A DNA stretch of 64,000 bases, from assembly GCA_017379935.1 (NCBI GenBank), contig JAFNVC010000025.1:44217-108216 (forward strand), read 5' to 3'. This DNA comes from Clostridia bacterium. GTDB taxonomy: Bacteria; Bacillota; Clostridia; Oscillospirales; Acutalibacteraceae. This document shows, one piece after another, positions 19,039-27,774 of this stretch (positions within the stretch are counted from its first letter, which is position 1; each line of letters begins with the position of its first letter). Under the pieces are notes generated by a model. That model made no database searches. It saw nothing but the letters and a program-made list of their open reading frames with translations, and was not told the origin of the DNA. Position numbers and translations under genes: made by a program.

Positions 19039-19323
19039 ATGGCAGTATGTAACTATGAGGCAATGCTCGTTTTCTCAGTTAAGGAGAGCGAGGACGCAGC
19101 TAAGGCTTTGGTAGAGAAGTTCAAGGCTCTTATAGAGAAGAACGGTACTGTTGAAAGCGTTGAGGAGTGGGGCAAGAGAAAGCTCGCTTACGCAATCAAC
19201 TACGAGACAGAAGGCTACTACGCTCTTTACAACTTCAGCTCTGAGCCGGAATTCCCTGCAGAGCTCAGCCGTGTTCTTAACATTACAGACGGCGTGCTTC
19301 GTTCACTTATACTCAATAAATAA
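19039..19323 (+). CDS. rpsF: 30S ribosomal protein S6
   Basis: 94 aa, 'YEAMLVF...WGKRKLAYAINYETEGYY'. RBS GAAGGAGG. Confidence 0.95.
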   Translation: MAVCNYEAMLVFSVKESEDAAKALVEKFKALIEKNGTVESVEEWGKRKLAYAINYETEGYYALYNFSSEPEFPAELSRVLNITDGVLRSLILNK

Positions 19324-19336
19324 GGGAGGAAGCGAC

Positions 19337-19777
19337 ATGATTAACAATGTAGTATTGATGGGTAGACTTGTCGCAACTCCTGAGTTGCGAAATACCCAGA
19401 ACGGAATTGCTGTTACAACCTTCACACTTGCTGTTGAGCGTTCATTCGCTCGTGCAGGTGAGCAGAGACAGGCTGATTTCATCAACTGTGTTGCTTGGAG
19501 AAATTCTGCTGAATTTATCTCAAGATATTTCCAGAAGGGCTCAATGCTCGCAATCACAGGCTCACTTCAGACCCGTAACTATGAAGACAAGAACGGCAAC
19601 AAGAGAACAGCAACGGAGGTTATCGTTGACCAGGCAAGCTTCTGCGGCTCAAAGGCAGAAACAGGCACATCAGGTTATTCCGCTCCGGCTGCTCCGATGC
19701 CTGCAGCTCCGTCATTCTCAACAGCTTCTGAGGGTGACTTCGAGGAGATCTCAGGCGATGACGATTTGCCGTTCTGA
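19337..19777 (+). CDS. ssb: single-stranded DNA-binding protein
   Basis: 146 aa from the ATG at 19337 (RBS GGGAGGAAG). OB-fold 'NNVVLMGRLVATPELR', 'FINCVAWR', and the acidic tail 'DDDLPF'. The track start at 19151 runs inside rpsF. Confidence 0.93.
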   Translation: MINNVVLMGRLVATPELRNTQNGIAVTTFTLAVERSFARAGEQRQADFINCVAWRNSAEFISRYFQKGSMLAITGSLQTRNYEDKNGNKRTATEVIVDQASFCGSKAETGTSGYSAPAAPMPAAPSFSTASEGDFEEISGDDDLPF

Positions 19778-19814
19778 GCAGATCGTTCCTAATTAAATAA
19801 GGAGGTATTTCGAA

Positions 19815-20060
19815 ATGGCTTATGATAAGAACAACGGCCGTCCTAACAGAAAGGGCCGCAAAAAGGTTTGTTCATTCTGCGTAGATAAAGTTGAGTGCAT
19901 CGATTACAAGGATGTAAACAAGCTCAACAAGTACACATCAGACAGAGCGAAGATTCTTCCTCGCCGCGTTACAGGTACTTGCGCAAAGCATCAGAGAGAG
20001 CTTACAACAGCTATCAAGCGTGCACGTCACGTTGCTCTCATTGCTTACACAGCAGACTAA
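19815..20060 (+). CDS. rpsR: 30S ribosomal protein S18
   Basis: 81 aa, 'KKVCSFC...[26 protein letters not shown]'. Confidence 0.95.
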   Translation: MAYDKNNGRPNRKGRKKVCSFCVDKVECIDYKDVNKLNKYTSDRAKILPRRVTGTCAKHQRELTTAIKRARHVALIAYTAD

Positions 20061-20072
20061 TCAGATCAATCG

Positions 20073-20106
20073 CACCGCAGACTTCACCGTCTGCGGTGTT
20101 TTTTTG
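20073..20106 (+). terminator. intrinsic terminator after rpsR
   Basis: CACCGCAGA / TCTGCGGTG stem followed by TTTTTTTG. Confidence 0.85.
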
Positions 20107-20119
20107 TCCCTGTGACTGA

Positions 20120-20148
20120 TTGACTTTTATACGATATTTCGGTATAAT
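20120..20148 (+). promoter_or_regulatory. consensus SigA promoter of the alanine/glycine symporter gene (TTGACT-17-TATAAT)
   Basis: -35 at 20120-20125, -10 at 20143-20148. This excludes the ORF-track start at 20120. Confidence 0.65.
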
Positions 20149-20176
20149 TTCCGTATTGTGTTTAAAGGAGATTTTT

Positions 20177-21607
20177 ATGTCAGAAATTTTAAAAACAGGA
20201 TTAAGTTGGTTTGAAAACGCAGTTGATATTACCAACACGGCACTTTACACTTACATTCTCATTGTCCTTCTTGTTCTTACAGGACTTTATTTTACCGTAA
20301 GAACACGTTTTGCGCCCTTCCGCCTTTTCGGCGAGCAGATTCGCGCCGTTATGGAAAAGCCGTCAGACGGCAAGAGTGTTTCTTCCTTCCAGGCGCTTAT
20401 GGTCTCCACCGCATCGCGCGTAGGCACGGGCAACATCGTCGGTGTTTCAACGGCAATCTGTCTCGGCGGCTTCGGCTCGGTTTTCTGGATGTGGGTTATC
20501 GCTATTATCGGCAGTGCTTCCGCTTTCGTTGAAAGCACACTCGCACAGATTTATAAAAAGAAGGGACCCGAAGGCTGTTACGGCGGTCCCGCTTACTACA
20601 TTCAGTCGGCACTTAAAAACCGTCCGCTCGCAGTCATTTTCTCCGTGCTTCTTATTGCAACCTACGGTGTCGGCTTCAATATGCTCGCATCGTACAACCT
20701 GCAGTCAACCTTTTCGGCATACAGCTTCTATGATGCAAAAACGACACCCTGGATCATCGGTGCAATCGTTGCCGCTCTCGTTGCGGTCTGCCTTTTCGGC
20801 GGCGGCAAAAGAATCGTAAAAATCACAAGCTTCCTCGTTCCGATTATGGGCGTTGCATATATTCTGGTTGCTCTGGCGATCACGCTTATCAACTTCAAGC
20901 TTCTCCCCTCGGTTTTCGGTAGAATTTTCACAGAGGCATTTGATTTCCAGGCGATTTTCGGCGGATTCACAGGCTCTTGCGTTATGTACGGTATCAAGAG
21001 AGGTCTCTTTTCGAACGAAGCAGGCGTCGGTTCTGCACCGAACGCTTCTGCATCCGCTGACGTAAGCCACCCCGCAAAGCAGGGTCTCGTTCAGGTGCTT
21101 TCCGTTTTTATTGATACAATTCTTATCTGCTCGGCAACAGCCTTCCTTTGTATGTGCTCGGGCGTTGAGCCGACGAAAGAGCTTTCGGGTGCCCCCTACG
21201 TTCAGGCGGCGCTGAGTCAGACCTTCGGCACCTTCGGTCCGATTTTCATTACGGTTGCGATGATTCTTTTTGCATTCACAACTCTCCTCGGCAACCTTTA
21301 CTACGTTGACCAGGGTATTGCATTCATTAACGGCAAGGTGCCCGGCAAAAAGTTTACCGCGTTTTACAGAATCGTTGCATCTGCCCTTATTCTTCTCGGC
21401 GCGGGACTCAACGCAGGTCTTCTCTGGAACATCTCCGACGTGCTTATGGGTGCGATGACAATTATCAACATCCCCGTCATCATAATCCTCGGCAAGTACG
21501 CGCTCCGTACATTAAAGGATTATGAGAAGCAGAAAAAAGAGGGTAAAGAACCCGTATTCAAGGCAAAGAATATCGACCTTCCGCACGAGGTTGATTATTG
21601 GAAATAA
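20177..21607 (+). CDS. alanine/glycine:cation symporter (AGCS family)
   Basis: 476 aa from the ATG at 20177 (RBS AAAGGAG). 'SSFQALMVSTASRVGTGNIVG', 'FWMWVIAIIGSASAFVESTLAQIYK', 'GLFSNEAGVGSAP' are typical AGCS motifs. Confidence 0.85.
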   Translation: MSEILKTGLSWFENAVDITNTALYTYILIVLLVLTGLYFTVRTRFAPFRLFGEQIRAVMEKPSDGKSVSSFQALMVSTASRVGTGNIVGVSTAICLGGFGSVFWMWVIAIIGSASAFVESTLAQIYKKKGPEGCYGGPAYYIQSALKNRPLAVIFSVLLIATYGVGFNMLASYNLQSTFSAYSFYDAKTTPWIIGAIVAALVAVCLFGGGKRIVKITSFLVPIMGVAYILVALAITLINFKLLPSVFGRIFTEAFDFQAIFGGFTGSCVMYGIKRGLFSNEAGVGSAPNASASADVSHPAKQGLVQVLSVFIDTILICSATAFLCMCSGVEPTKELSGAPYVQAALSQTFGTFGPIFITVAMILFAFTTLLGNLYYVDQGIAFINGKVPGKKFTAFYRIVASALILLGAGLNAGLLWNISDVLMGAMTIINIPVIIILGKYALRTLKDYEKQKKEGKEPVFKAKNIDLPHEVDYWK

Positions 21608-21625
21608 ATTTGTGGAGAAATAAAA

Positions 21626-22348
21626 ATGAAAAAAAGGAAATCTGACCGCAAGCTAACCCGTGGAATAGTTCTCGACATTCTTTTTATAATCGTACCTTTC
21701 ATTCTGTTTGTATTTATTTTTATGTTTCTTGAGGATCTCGGTGCTATATTAATAAGACTGTTTGCAGATACTGAGCTATTTTATGTCTCTATTGATGTGT
21801 CGGTTTTTGTTATACTCTTTTATGTCTTCCACATTCTTTCGATGTTGCTTTTTGGCAGTCTTATATGTAGCTCTTTTGGCAAAAAGCATAAGCCCTTCAA
21901 AATCTTTATCTCCGAGAAAAATCATAGAAACCTAATCGTTTTATTATGCCTTTTTGTTTCTCTCACCATTTCATTTATAAGCTTTTTCCCGATGTGTGAG
22001 TATAACTTTGCTGCCGATGACAAAAGCTATAAACAAAACACCTTGTTTCATAAAAATGAAACCGTTTTTGATTACGAATCTGTCACTTCGGCAAGAGTAT
22101 ATGTTTCCGAAGAGTTTGATGCAAAAACTCAAGGTTCATCATACGAGGTATATATCGATATTTCAGCAGACACAACTTATACTTTTGTCCCTGAAGGCTT
22201 CGGTTATAAATTTAAAAATATGTATAACCTCTTGAGCAAAATTGACAAGAACAAAATCACCTTTGACACTACCGATGTTGAATATGCTTTCAAGTCGAAC
22301 AAGGAGCAGGATAAATACCTGCAACAAATGATTGATGAATACAGCTAA
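21626..22348 (+). CDS. hypothetical membrane protein (3 TM plus C-terminal soluble domain), AT-rich gene
   Basis: 240 aa with no recognisable motifs. The gene is visibly more AT-rich than its flanks and uses many TTA/ATA/AAA-type codons. Confidence 0.5.
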   Translation: MKKRKSDRKLTRGIVLDILFIIVPFILFVFIFMFLEDLGAILIRLFADTELFYVSIDVSVFVILFYVFHILSMLLFGSLICSSFGKKHKPFKIFISEKNHRNLIVLLCLFVSLTISFISFFPMCEYNFAADDKSYKQNTLFHKNETVFDYESVTSARVYVSEEFDAKTQGSSYEVYIDISADTTYTFVPEGFGYKFKNMYNLLSKIDKNKITFDTTDVEYAFKSNKEQDKYLQQMIDEYS

Positions 22349-22351
22349 TCA

Positions 22352-22381
22352 AAAGCAGAGAGAAATCTCTGCTTTTATTTA
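22352..22381 (+). terminator. intrinsic terminator after the AT-rich gene
   Basis: AAAGCAGAGA-GAAA-TCTCTGCTTT followed by TATTTATT. Confidence 0.75.
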
Positions 22382-22453
22382 TTCACAAATAACTCTTTTA
22401 TTTTTCACAAATATGGTGTATAATCTAAATATCATTTATTAAGGAGAGTTTCT

Positions 22454-23455
22454 ATGAAGAACATTCTCGTTACCGGTGGCGCAGGCTTCATCGGCAGTAA
22501 TTTCATTTATTATATGCAGCGCAAGCATCCCGACTACCGTCTGGTTTGTATTGACGCTCTTACTTATGCAGGCAACCTTTACACCCTCGACGGTGCAAGA
22601 GGCGACAATTTCCGCTTCGTGCTCGGCGACATCTGCGACCGCAAGCTCGTTTTCGACCTTTGCGAGGAGGAAAAGTTTGACGTAATCATCAACTTTGCGG
22701 CAGAAAGTCACGTTGACCGTTCAATCGAAAATCCCGAGGTTTTCCTTAAGACAAACATCCTCGGCACTCAGGTTCTGCTCGACGCCTGCAACAAATATAA
22801 CATCCCCCGTTATCATCAGGTTTCAACCGATGAGGTTTACGGCGATCTTCCGCTTGACAGACCTGACCTCTTCTTCACAGAGGATACACCTATCCACACA
22901 TCCTCGCCCTATTCGGCAAGTAAGGCTTCGGCTGACCTTCTCGTAATGGCTTATCACCGCACCTTCGGCACACCTGCTACGATTTCCCGTTGTTCAAACA
23001 ACTACGGTCCGTATCAGTTCCCCGAAAAGCTCATCCCCGTTATGATTGCGAAGGCACTTGCTAACGAAAAGCTTCCCGTTTACGGTGAGGGACTCAATGT
23101 GCGCGACTGGCTCTATGTTGACGACCACTGCAAGGCTATTGATATGATTGTTGAAAACGGAAAAATCGGTGAGGTTTATAATATCGGCGGTCACAACGAA
23201 AAGGCTAACATTGACGTTGTAAAGACAATCCTTAAGGCGGTCGGCAAGGACGAGAGCCTTATCACCTTTGTAAAGGACCGTCCCGGTCACGATATGCGTT
23301 ATGCTATCGACCCCGCTAAAATCCACGCCGAGCTCGGTTGGGAGCCCGAAACACTCTTCAACGAGGGTATTCAGAAAACAATCGAATGGTATCTCAACAA
23401 CCGCGAATGGTGGGAGAAGATCCTCAGCGGCGAGTATCAGAATTACAGAGGTTGA
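22454..23455 (+). CDS. rfbB: dTDP-glucose 4,6-dehydratase
   Basis: 333 aa with 'VTGGAGFIGSNF', 'STDEVYGD', 'YSASKASADLLV' (SDR YxxxK), 'NNYGPYQFPEKLIP'. Confidence 0.92.
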   Translation: MKNILVTGGAGFIGSNFIYYMQRKHPDYRLVCIDALTYAGNLYTLDGARGDNFRFVLGDICDRKLVFDLCEEEKFDVIINFAAESHVDRSIENPEVFLKTNILGTQVLLDACNKYNIPRYHQVSTDEVYGDLPLDRPDLFFTEDTPIHTSSPYSASKASADLLVMAYHRTFGTPATISRCSNNYGPYQFPEKLIPVMIAKALANEKLPVYGEGLNVRDWLYVDDHCKAIDMIVENGKIGEVYNIGGHNEKANIDVVKTILKAVGKDESLITFVKDRPGHDMRYAIDPAKIHAELGWEPETLFNEGIQKTIEWYLNNREWWEKILSGEYQNYRG

Positions 23456-23459
23456 TTTT

Positions 23460-23918
23460 ATGAAAAAATTAGTTTCAATTTTGCTTCTTGCTGTAATCTG
23501 CTTTACCTTCTTTGCCTGCGACGGCAAGGACGGCGACCTCGGCAAGCAGACAACCGTTAACAAGGATAACGGCTACACCCTTGTTCAGGAGGTAAAGCCC
23601 TTCAAGTTTTCCGCAGAAGAGGATGAGCTCGAAAGCATCAAGGGCATCCGCACGGAGGGCTTCAAGGTTTCCAAGGATAACCCGAAGGGTTCAATCAAAA
23701 CTAAGGATGACGTTATCGAAATCGCTCGCGGTGAGGCTTCGGCTGAATATAATCAGATTCAGGTCTACTACGACCGCACGACGGGTATATGGAAGACGGT
23801 TTTTTCCGTCACTACGGAAGCAACAGCTGAGGACGGCACGGTAACGCGCGACAGCGTTGTTAAAGAGACCGTTTACGTTGACGAGGACGGCTATACCCTT
23901 CTCGCATTCAAGCAGTAA
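23460..23918 (+). CDS. small lipoprotein, unknown function
   Basis: 152 aa from the ATG at 23460. 'MKKLVSILLLAVICFTFFAC|DG' is a signal peptide with a lipobox. The track start at 23301 lies inside rfbB. Confidence 0.6.
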   Translation: MKKLVSILLLAVICFTFFACDGKDGDLGKQTTVNKDNGYTLVQEVKPFKFSAEEDELESIKGIRTEGFKVSKDNPKGSIKTKDDVIEIARGEASAEYNQIQVYYDRTTGIWKTVFSVTTEATAEDGTVTRDSVVKETVYVDEDGYTLLAFKQ

Positions 23919-23924
23919 AAAATC

Positions 23925-23953
23925 ATCGCCCGAGTTTTCGGGCGATTTTGTTT
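23925..23953 (+). terminator. intrinsic terminator
   Basis: ATCGCCCGA-GTTT-TCGGGCGAT followed by TTTTGTTT. Confidence 0.8.
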
Positions 23954-23963
23954 AGGTGAAGTT

Positions 23964-24632
23964 ATGAAAGTAATCGCAAAAATCAGAACAGATTTTCCGA
24001 CAAAATTCGGCATACCGCGGCAAAGCGGACTTGTAGAAGAGCTGAAGGGAACAATCATATTTGAACCGACATACCGCAACGCGGACTCCCTGCGCGGACT
24101 CGGAGATTTCTCTCACATCTGGCTCGTATGGAAATTTTCCACAGGCGGAGGAGATGAATGGTCGCCCACCGTCCGACCGCCGAAGCTCGGCGGTAACACA
24201 AGAGTCGGCGTTTTCGCATCGCGTTCACCCTTCCGACCGAATTCGCTCGGACTTTCGTGTGTAAAGCTCGAGGGTATCGAAGAAACCGAAAAGCACGGAA
24301 CGGTTCTGCACGTTTCGGGCGCAGACCTTATGGACGGCACGGAAATTGTTGACATCAAGCCGTATATCCCCTATGCGGACTGCCACCCCGATGCAACGGG
24401 CGGATTTTCGAAGGATTCATCCGCACCAAAGCTGAAGGTTGAATGTCCCGAGGCTATGCTCGCACCCCTGCCCGAGGAAAAGCGTACGGCTCTCATAAAG
24501 GTGCTTGAGCTTGATCCGAGACCCGCATATCAGGATGATGAAAGCCGCGTTTACGGCTTCGGCTTTGCGGGCTTTGAGATTAAATTCTCGGTCAACAGCG
24601 ACACACTTTACGTCCGTGAAATAACAAAATAA
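23964..24632 (+). CDS. trmO: tRNA (N6-threonylcarbamoyladenosine37-N6)-methyltransferase TrmO/TsaA family
   Basis: 222 aa with 'FPTKFGIPRQSG', 'FASRSPFRPNSLGLS', 'GADLMDGTEIVDIKPY'. Confidence 0.8.
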   Translation: MKVIAKIRTDFPTKFGIPRQSGLVEELKGTIIFEPTYRNADSLRGLGDFSHIWLVWKFSTGGGDEWSPTVRPPKLGGNTRVGVFASRSPFRPNSLGLSCVKLEGIEETEKHGTVLHVSGADLMDGTEIVDIKPYIPYADCHPDATGGFSKDSSAPKLKVECPEAMLAPLPEEKRTALIKVLELDPRPAYQDDESRVYGFGFAGFEIKFSVNSDTLYVREITK

Positions 24633-24641
24633 AGCAAGAAA

Positions 24642-24670
24642 AAAGACCGTTGGAAAACCAACGGTCTTTA
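24642..24670. terminator. bidirectional terminator between trmO and rplL
   Basis: AAAGACCGTTGG-AAAA-CCAACGGTCTTT with A/T runs on both sides. Confidence 0.85.
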
Positions 24671-24690
24671 AAAATCCATTTTGAGAGAGA

Positions 24691-25062
24691 TTATTTAATC
24701 TCGATCTGTGCGCCAACTTCTTCGAGCTTAGCCTTGATTTCCTCAGCCTCGTCCTTAGAAACGCCTTCCTTAACAGCCTTGGGAGCGCCATCAACAAGAG
24801 CCTTAGCTTCTGCAAGACCAAGACCTGTGATGTCCTTAACAGCCTTAACAACCTTAATCTTCTGGTCGCCAGCGCCTGCAAGGATAACGTCAAACTCTGT
24901 CTTCTCCTCTGCTGCCGGGCCTGCTGCTGCGGGACCTGCTACAACTGCTGCTGCAGCTGATACGCCGAACTCATCCTCTACTGCGTGTACGAGCTCTGAA
25001 AGCTCAAGAACTGAAAGAGTCTTCAACTCTTCAACGATTGCCATAATTTTCTCTGATGCCAT
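24691..25062 (-). CDS. rplL: 50S ribosomal protein L7/L12
   Basis: 123 aa. Ala-rich hinge, then '[36 protein letters not shown]'. Confidence 0.96.
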   Translation of the reverse strand: MASEKIMAIVEELKTLSVLELSELVHAVEDEFGVSAAAAVVAGPAAAGPAAEEKTEFDVILAGAGDQKIKVVKAVKDITGLGLAEAKALVDGAPKAVKEGVSKDEAEEIKAKLEEVGAQIEIK

Positions 25063-25114
25063 GGTTATTTACCTCCATAATAAATTTTAGAATTTTTAAA
25101 TTAAGTTTGCTGAC

Positions 25115-25624
25115 TTAAGCCTCAGCGGGAGCCTCTGCCTTATCGGCAATAGCCTGTACAGCTCGTGCAAAACCAGCGATAGGTGCGCTGAATACATTTG
25201 CAACCATAGAGAGCAATGTCTCTCTTGACGGAAGTGTTGCGAGCTCCATAAGCTTATCCATGCTGATAACTTCACCGTCGATGTAACCTGTCTTGAGGTT
25301 GAAGTTTTCGTGACCCTCAGCATACTTGTTGAGGATACGAGCAGCTGCTACGTAATCGTCCTTACATGTTGCGATAGCTGAAGTACCGTCAAGAACGTCG
25401 CTCATTGACTCAAGAGCTGTGCCCTGAATTGCGAGCTTGATAAGAGTGTTCTTAACAACAGTGTACTCAACGCCTGCTTCACGAAGTTCACGACGAAGAG
25501 CTGTATCGTCAGCAACGGAGATACCCTTGTAATCTACGATTACACCTGCGCATGAATTGCTGATTCTGTCAGCAACCTCTGCAACTATCTTCTTCTTCTG
25601 TTCCAATACGCTTGCACTTGGCAT
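25115..25624 (-). CDS. rplJ: 50S ribosomal protein L10
   Basis: 169 aa from the ATG at 25624 (RBS GAGAGGTGA). The GTG at 25633 overlaps the RBS. 'GVIVDYKGISVADDTALRRELREAGVEYTVVKNTL'. Confidence 0.93.
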   Translation of the reverse strand: MPSASVLEQKKKIVAEVADRISNSCAGVIVDYKGISVADDTALRRELREAGVEYTVVKNTLIKLAIQGTALESMSDVLDGTSAIATCKDDYVAAARILNKYAEGHENFNLKTGYIDGEVISMDKLMELATLPSRETLLSMVANVFSAPIAGFARAVQAIADKAEAPAEA

Positions 25625-25818
25625 TTTTTTCACCTCTCAAAAATGGGATACGGTGCTATAACGAAAATAATCCCTGCCCACAAACCGTGGACAGGGAACA
25701 AACATACATTTTAAGGATTTGCAGACTTTCGCCTGAAAATCTTGTATGCTCCTATCCTCGGCAGGTGGTTAAAAACCGTTACGCATAAAGCACCTGCTGT
25801 CTTTGAATAAAGAACAGC
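25625..25818 (-). promoter_or_regulatory. rplJ (L10) leader with terminator-type attenuator hairpin
   Basis: About 190-nt 5' UTR. Minus-strand hairpin UCCCUGUCCAC-GGUUU-GUGGGCAGGGA (25671-25697) is followed by UUAUUUUCGUU, about 45 nt before the start codon. This fits the Firmicute L10-leader attenuation mechanism. Confidence 0.5.
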
Positions 25819-25824
25819 TTAGAT

Positions 25825-25853
25825 ATAATACCACACGATTCTCACCGTGTCAA
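25825..25853 (-). promoter_or_regulatory. SigA-type promoter for rplJL (TTGACA-17-TATTAT)
   Basis: Minus strand: -35 at 25848-25853, 17-nt spacer, -10 at 25825-25830. Confidence 0.6.
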
Positions 25854-25871
25854 GTATTAACGAAAAATAAA

Positions 25872-26573
25872 TCAGTCTGTGATAACAGCCTTAGCGGGGT
25901 TGATACGCACGCCGGGGCCCATTGTTGAAGCAACAACACAAGATCTGATGTACTGACCCTTTGCAGCAGCCGGCTTTGCCTTCTCGATAGCAGCAAGGAG
26001 AGTCTTGTAGTTCTCGCCAAGCTTCTCTGCACCGAAGGAAACCTTGCCGATGGGGCAGTGGATGATGTTTGTCTTGTCAAGACGGTACTCGATCTTACCA
26101 GCCTTAGCCTCTTCAACAGCCTTAGCTACGTCAGGAGTAACTGTACCTGCCTTCGGTGAGGGCATAAGACCACGGGGGCCAAGAACCTTACCGAGACGAC
26201 CAACAAGACCCATCATGTTGGGAGCAGCGATTGCAACGTCGAAATCAAGGAAGCCTTCGCCCTGAATCTTAGCAACAAGGTCTTCAGCACCTACGATCTC
26301 TGCACCTGCAGCAGCTGCAGCGTCAGCAGCCTCGCCCTTAGCGAAAACTGCAACTCTTACTTTCTTACCTGTACCGTTGGGGAGTACAACAGCGCCTCTG
26401 ACCTGCTGGTCAGCGTGACGTGAGTCAACACCAAGACGAACGTGTACTTCAACAGTCTCATCAAACTTTGCGGAAGAAGTCTTGATTGCGAGCTCAAGAG
26501 CTTCTGCCGGCTCATAGAGTGTAGCTCTGTCTACGAGCTTTGCACTCTCTAAATATTTCTTACCGTGTTTCAT
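25872..26573 (-). CDS. rplA: 50S ribosomal protein L1
   Basis: 233 aa with '[14 protein letters not shown]', '[13 protein letters not shown]', '[16 protein letters not shown]'. Confidence 0.96.
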   Translation of the reverse strand: MKHGKKYLESAKLVDRATLYEPAEALELAIKTSSAKFDETVEVHVRLGVDSRHADQQVRGAVVLPNGTGKKVRVAVFAKGEAADAAAAAGAEIVGAEDLVAKIQGEGFLDFDVAIAAPNMMGLVGRLGKVLGPRGLMPSPKAGTVTPDVAKAVEEAKAGKIEYRLDKTNIIHCPIGKVSFGAEKLGENYKTLLAAIEKAKPAAAKGQYIRSCVVASTMGPGVRINPAKAVITD

Positions 26574-26628
26574 TAGTTAATTCCTCCCTGAAAAGTGGTT
26601 AATCGGATTTTTCCTCCCACGCGGGAGA

Positions 26629-27054
26629 TTAGTCTACAACAGTAACACCCATGCTGCGTGCAGTACCTGCGATCATAGACATAGCTGTCTCGATGTTAGC
26701 TGCATTCAAGTCGGGCATTTTCTGTTCCGCGATTTTTCTAACCTGCTCGCTTGTGATTGTTGCTACCTTTGTCTTGTTCGGTACACCTGAACCGCTTTCG
26801 ATGCCACAAGCCTTCTTGATAAGAACAGCTGCGGGCGGTGTCTTTGTAACGAATGTGAATGTACGGTCTGCATAAACTGTGATTACAACGGGGATGATAA
26901 GACCTACGTCGTTCTTTGTACGCTCGTTGAATTCCTTAGTGAATGCCATGATGTTAACACCATGCTGACCTAAAGCAGGACCAACCGGGGGAGCCGGTGT
27001 TGCTTTACCTGCAGGGATCTGAAGCTTAATAAAGCCTACTACCTTCTGAGCCAT
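26629..27054 (-). CDS. rplK: 50S ribosomal protein L11
   Basis: 141 aa with '[28 protein letters not shown]'. Confidence 0.96.
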   Translation of the reverse strand: MAQKVVGFIKLQIPAGKATPAPPVGPALGQHGVNIMAFTKEFNERTKNDVGLIIPVVITVYADRTFTFVTKTPPAAVLIKKACGIESGSGVPNKTKVATITSEQVRKIAEQKMPDLNAANIETAMSMIAGTARSMGVTVVD

Positions 27055-27189
27055 TTTTGCACCTCCAAAAATATGTGGTTCGGCGGAGCAATTGAAAAGT
27101 TTTTTGCTCCTCCCACGGGGAACCGGAGTTCCATACCCAAAGGGGTATATAATTAAAGCGAAACCGCTTAATTATCACGTAACACTAAC

Positions 27190-27750
27190 TTAATCGGCAA
27201 CGGGTTCTACCTGATCAAGCTCAAGCTCAACCAAGGTTTCCTTACCGAACAAAGCAGAAACTGTAACCTTAACCTTGTTATTATCAAGGTCGATTTCTTC
27301 AACAGTTCCTGAGAAACCTTCAAAGATTTCATCAATGATGTTGACTGTATCGCCAACGCTGTAACGAACCTCGACAACCTTCTTTTCAACGCCGAGTCTG
27401 TAAACCTCCTCCTCAGTAAGGGGAACGGGCTTACCCTCGGGACCTACGAAGCCTGTCGCACCGCGTGTTCCGCGGATAATAAGCCAAGCCTCATCGCTGA
27501 TTTTGGGCATATCGTTTTCGTCAAGGAAAGTTGCGATTTTAACCATAACGTAGCCGGGGAAGATTTTACGCTCAACCTCACGTGTCTTACCGTCCTCGCG
27601 GACCTCGACAACAGTTTCGGTCGGGATTTTAACCTCGAAAATCTCGTCCTGCATCTTACGGTTTTCCGTAGCTTTCATAATGTTCGATGCTACTTTGTTC
27701 TCGTAGCCTGAGTAGGTATGCACAACATACCATCTGGAGTCATTAGACAT
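27190..27750 (-). CDS. nusG: transcription termination/antitermination factor NusG
   Basis: 186 aa. 'WYVVHTYSGYENKV', 'FPGYVMVK', and the KOW element 'GDTVNIIDEIFEGFSGTVEEI'. Confidence 0.95.
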   Translation of the reverse strand: MSNDSRWYVVHTYSGYENKVASNIMKATENRKMQDEIFEVKIPTETVVEVREDGKTREVERKIFPGYVMVKIATFLDENDMPKISDEAWLIIRGTRGATGFVGPEGKPVPLTEEEVYRLGVEKKVVEVRYSVGDTVNIIDEIFEGFSGTVEEIDLDNNKVKVTVSALFGKETLVELELDQVEPVAD

Positions 27751-27774
27751 TGCCTTTCCTCCGTATACTCTGAA

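Noticed and set aside
19151-19336. N-terminal extensions suggested by the ORF track (ssb 19151; also 20120, 23301, 28597, 32215, 43037, 45955, 55504, 57586, 61178, 62379)
   Set aside because: Each extension runs into the upstream gene, a promoter hexamer or the gene's own RBS. Internal ATGs with properly spaced SD sequences and canonical protein N-termini were preferred.
20061-20176. Possible glycine riboswitch upstream of the alanine/glycine symporter
   Set aside because: The spacer holds only the rpsR terminator, a consensus promoter and a leader of about 25 nt. That is far too short for a glycine aptamer.
24650-25090. 146-aa plus-strand ORF with Ala/Ser/Thr low complexity
   Set aside because: It is the mirror image of the Ala-rich hinge of rplL on the opposite strand. 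rplL is unambiguous.
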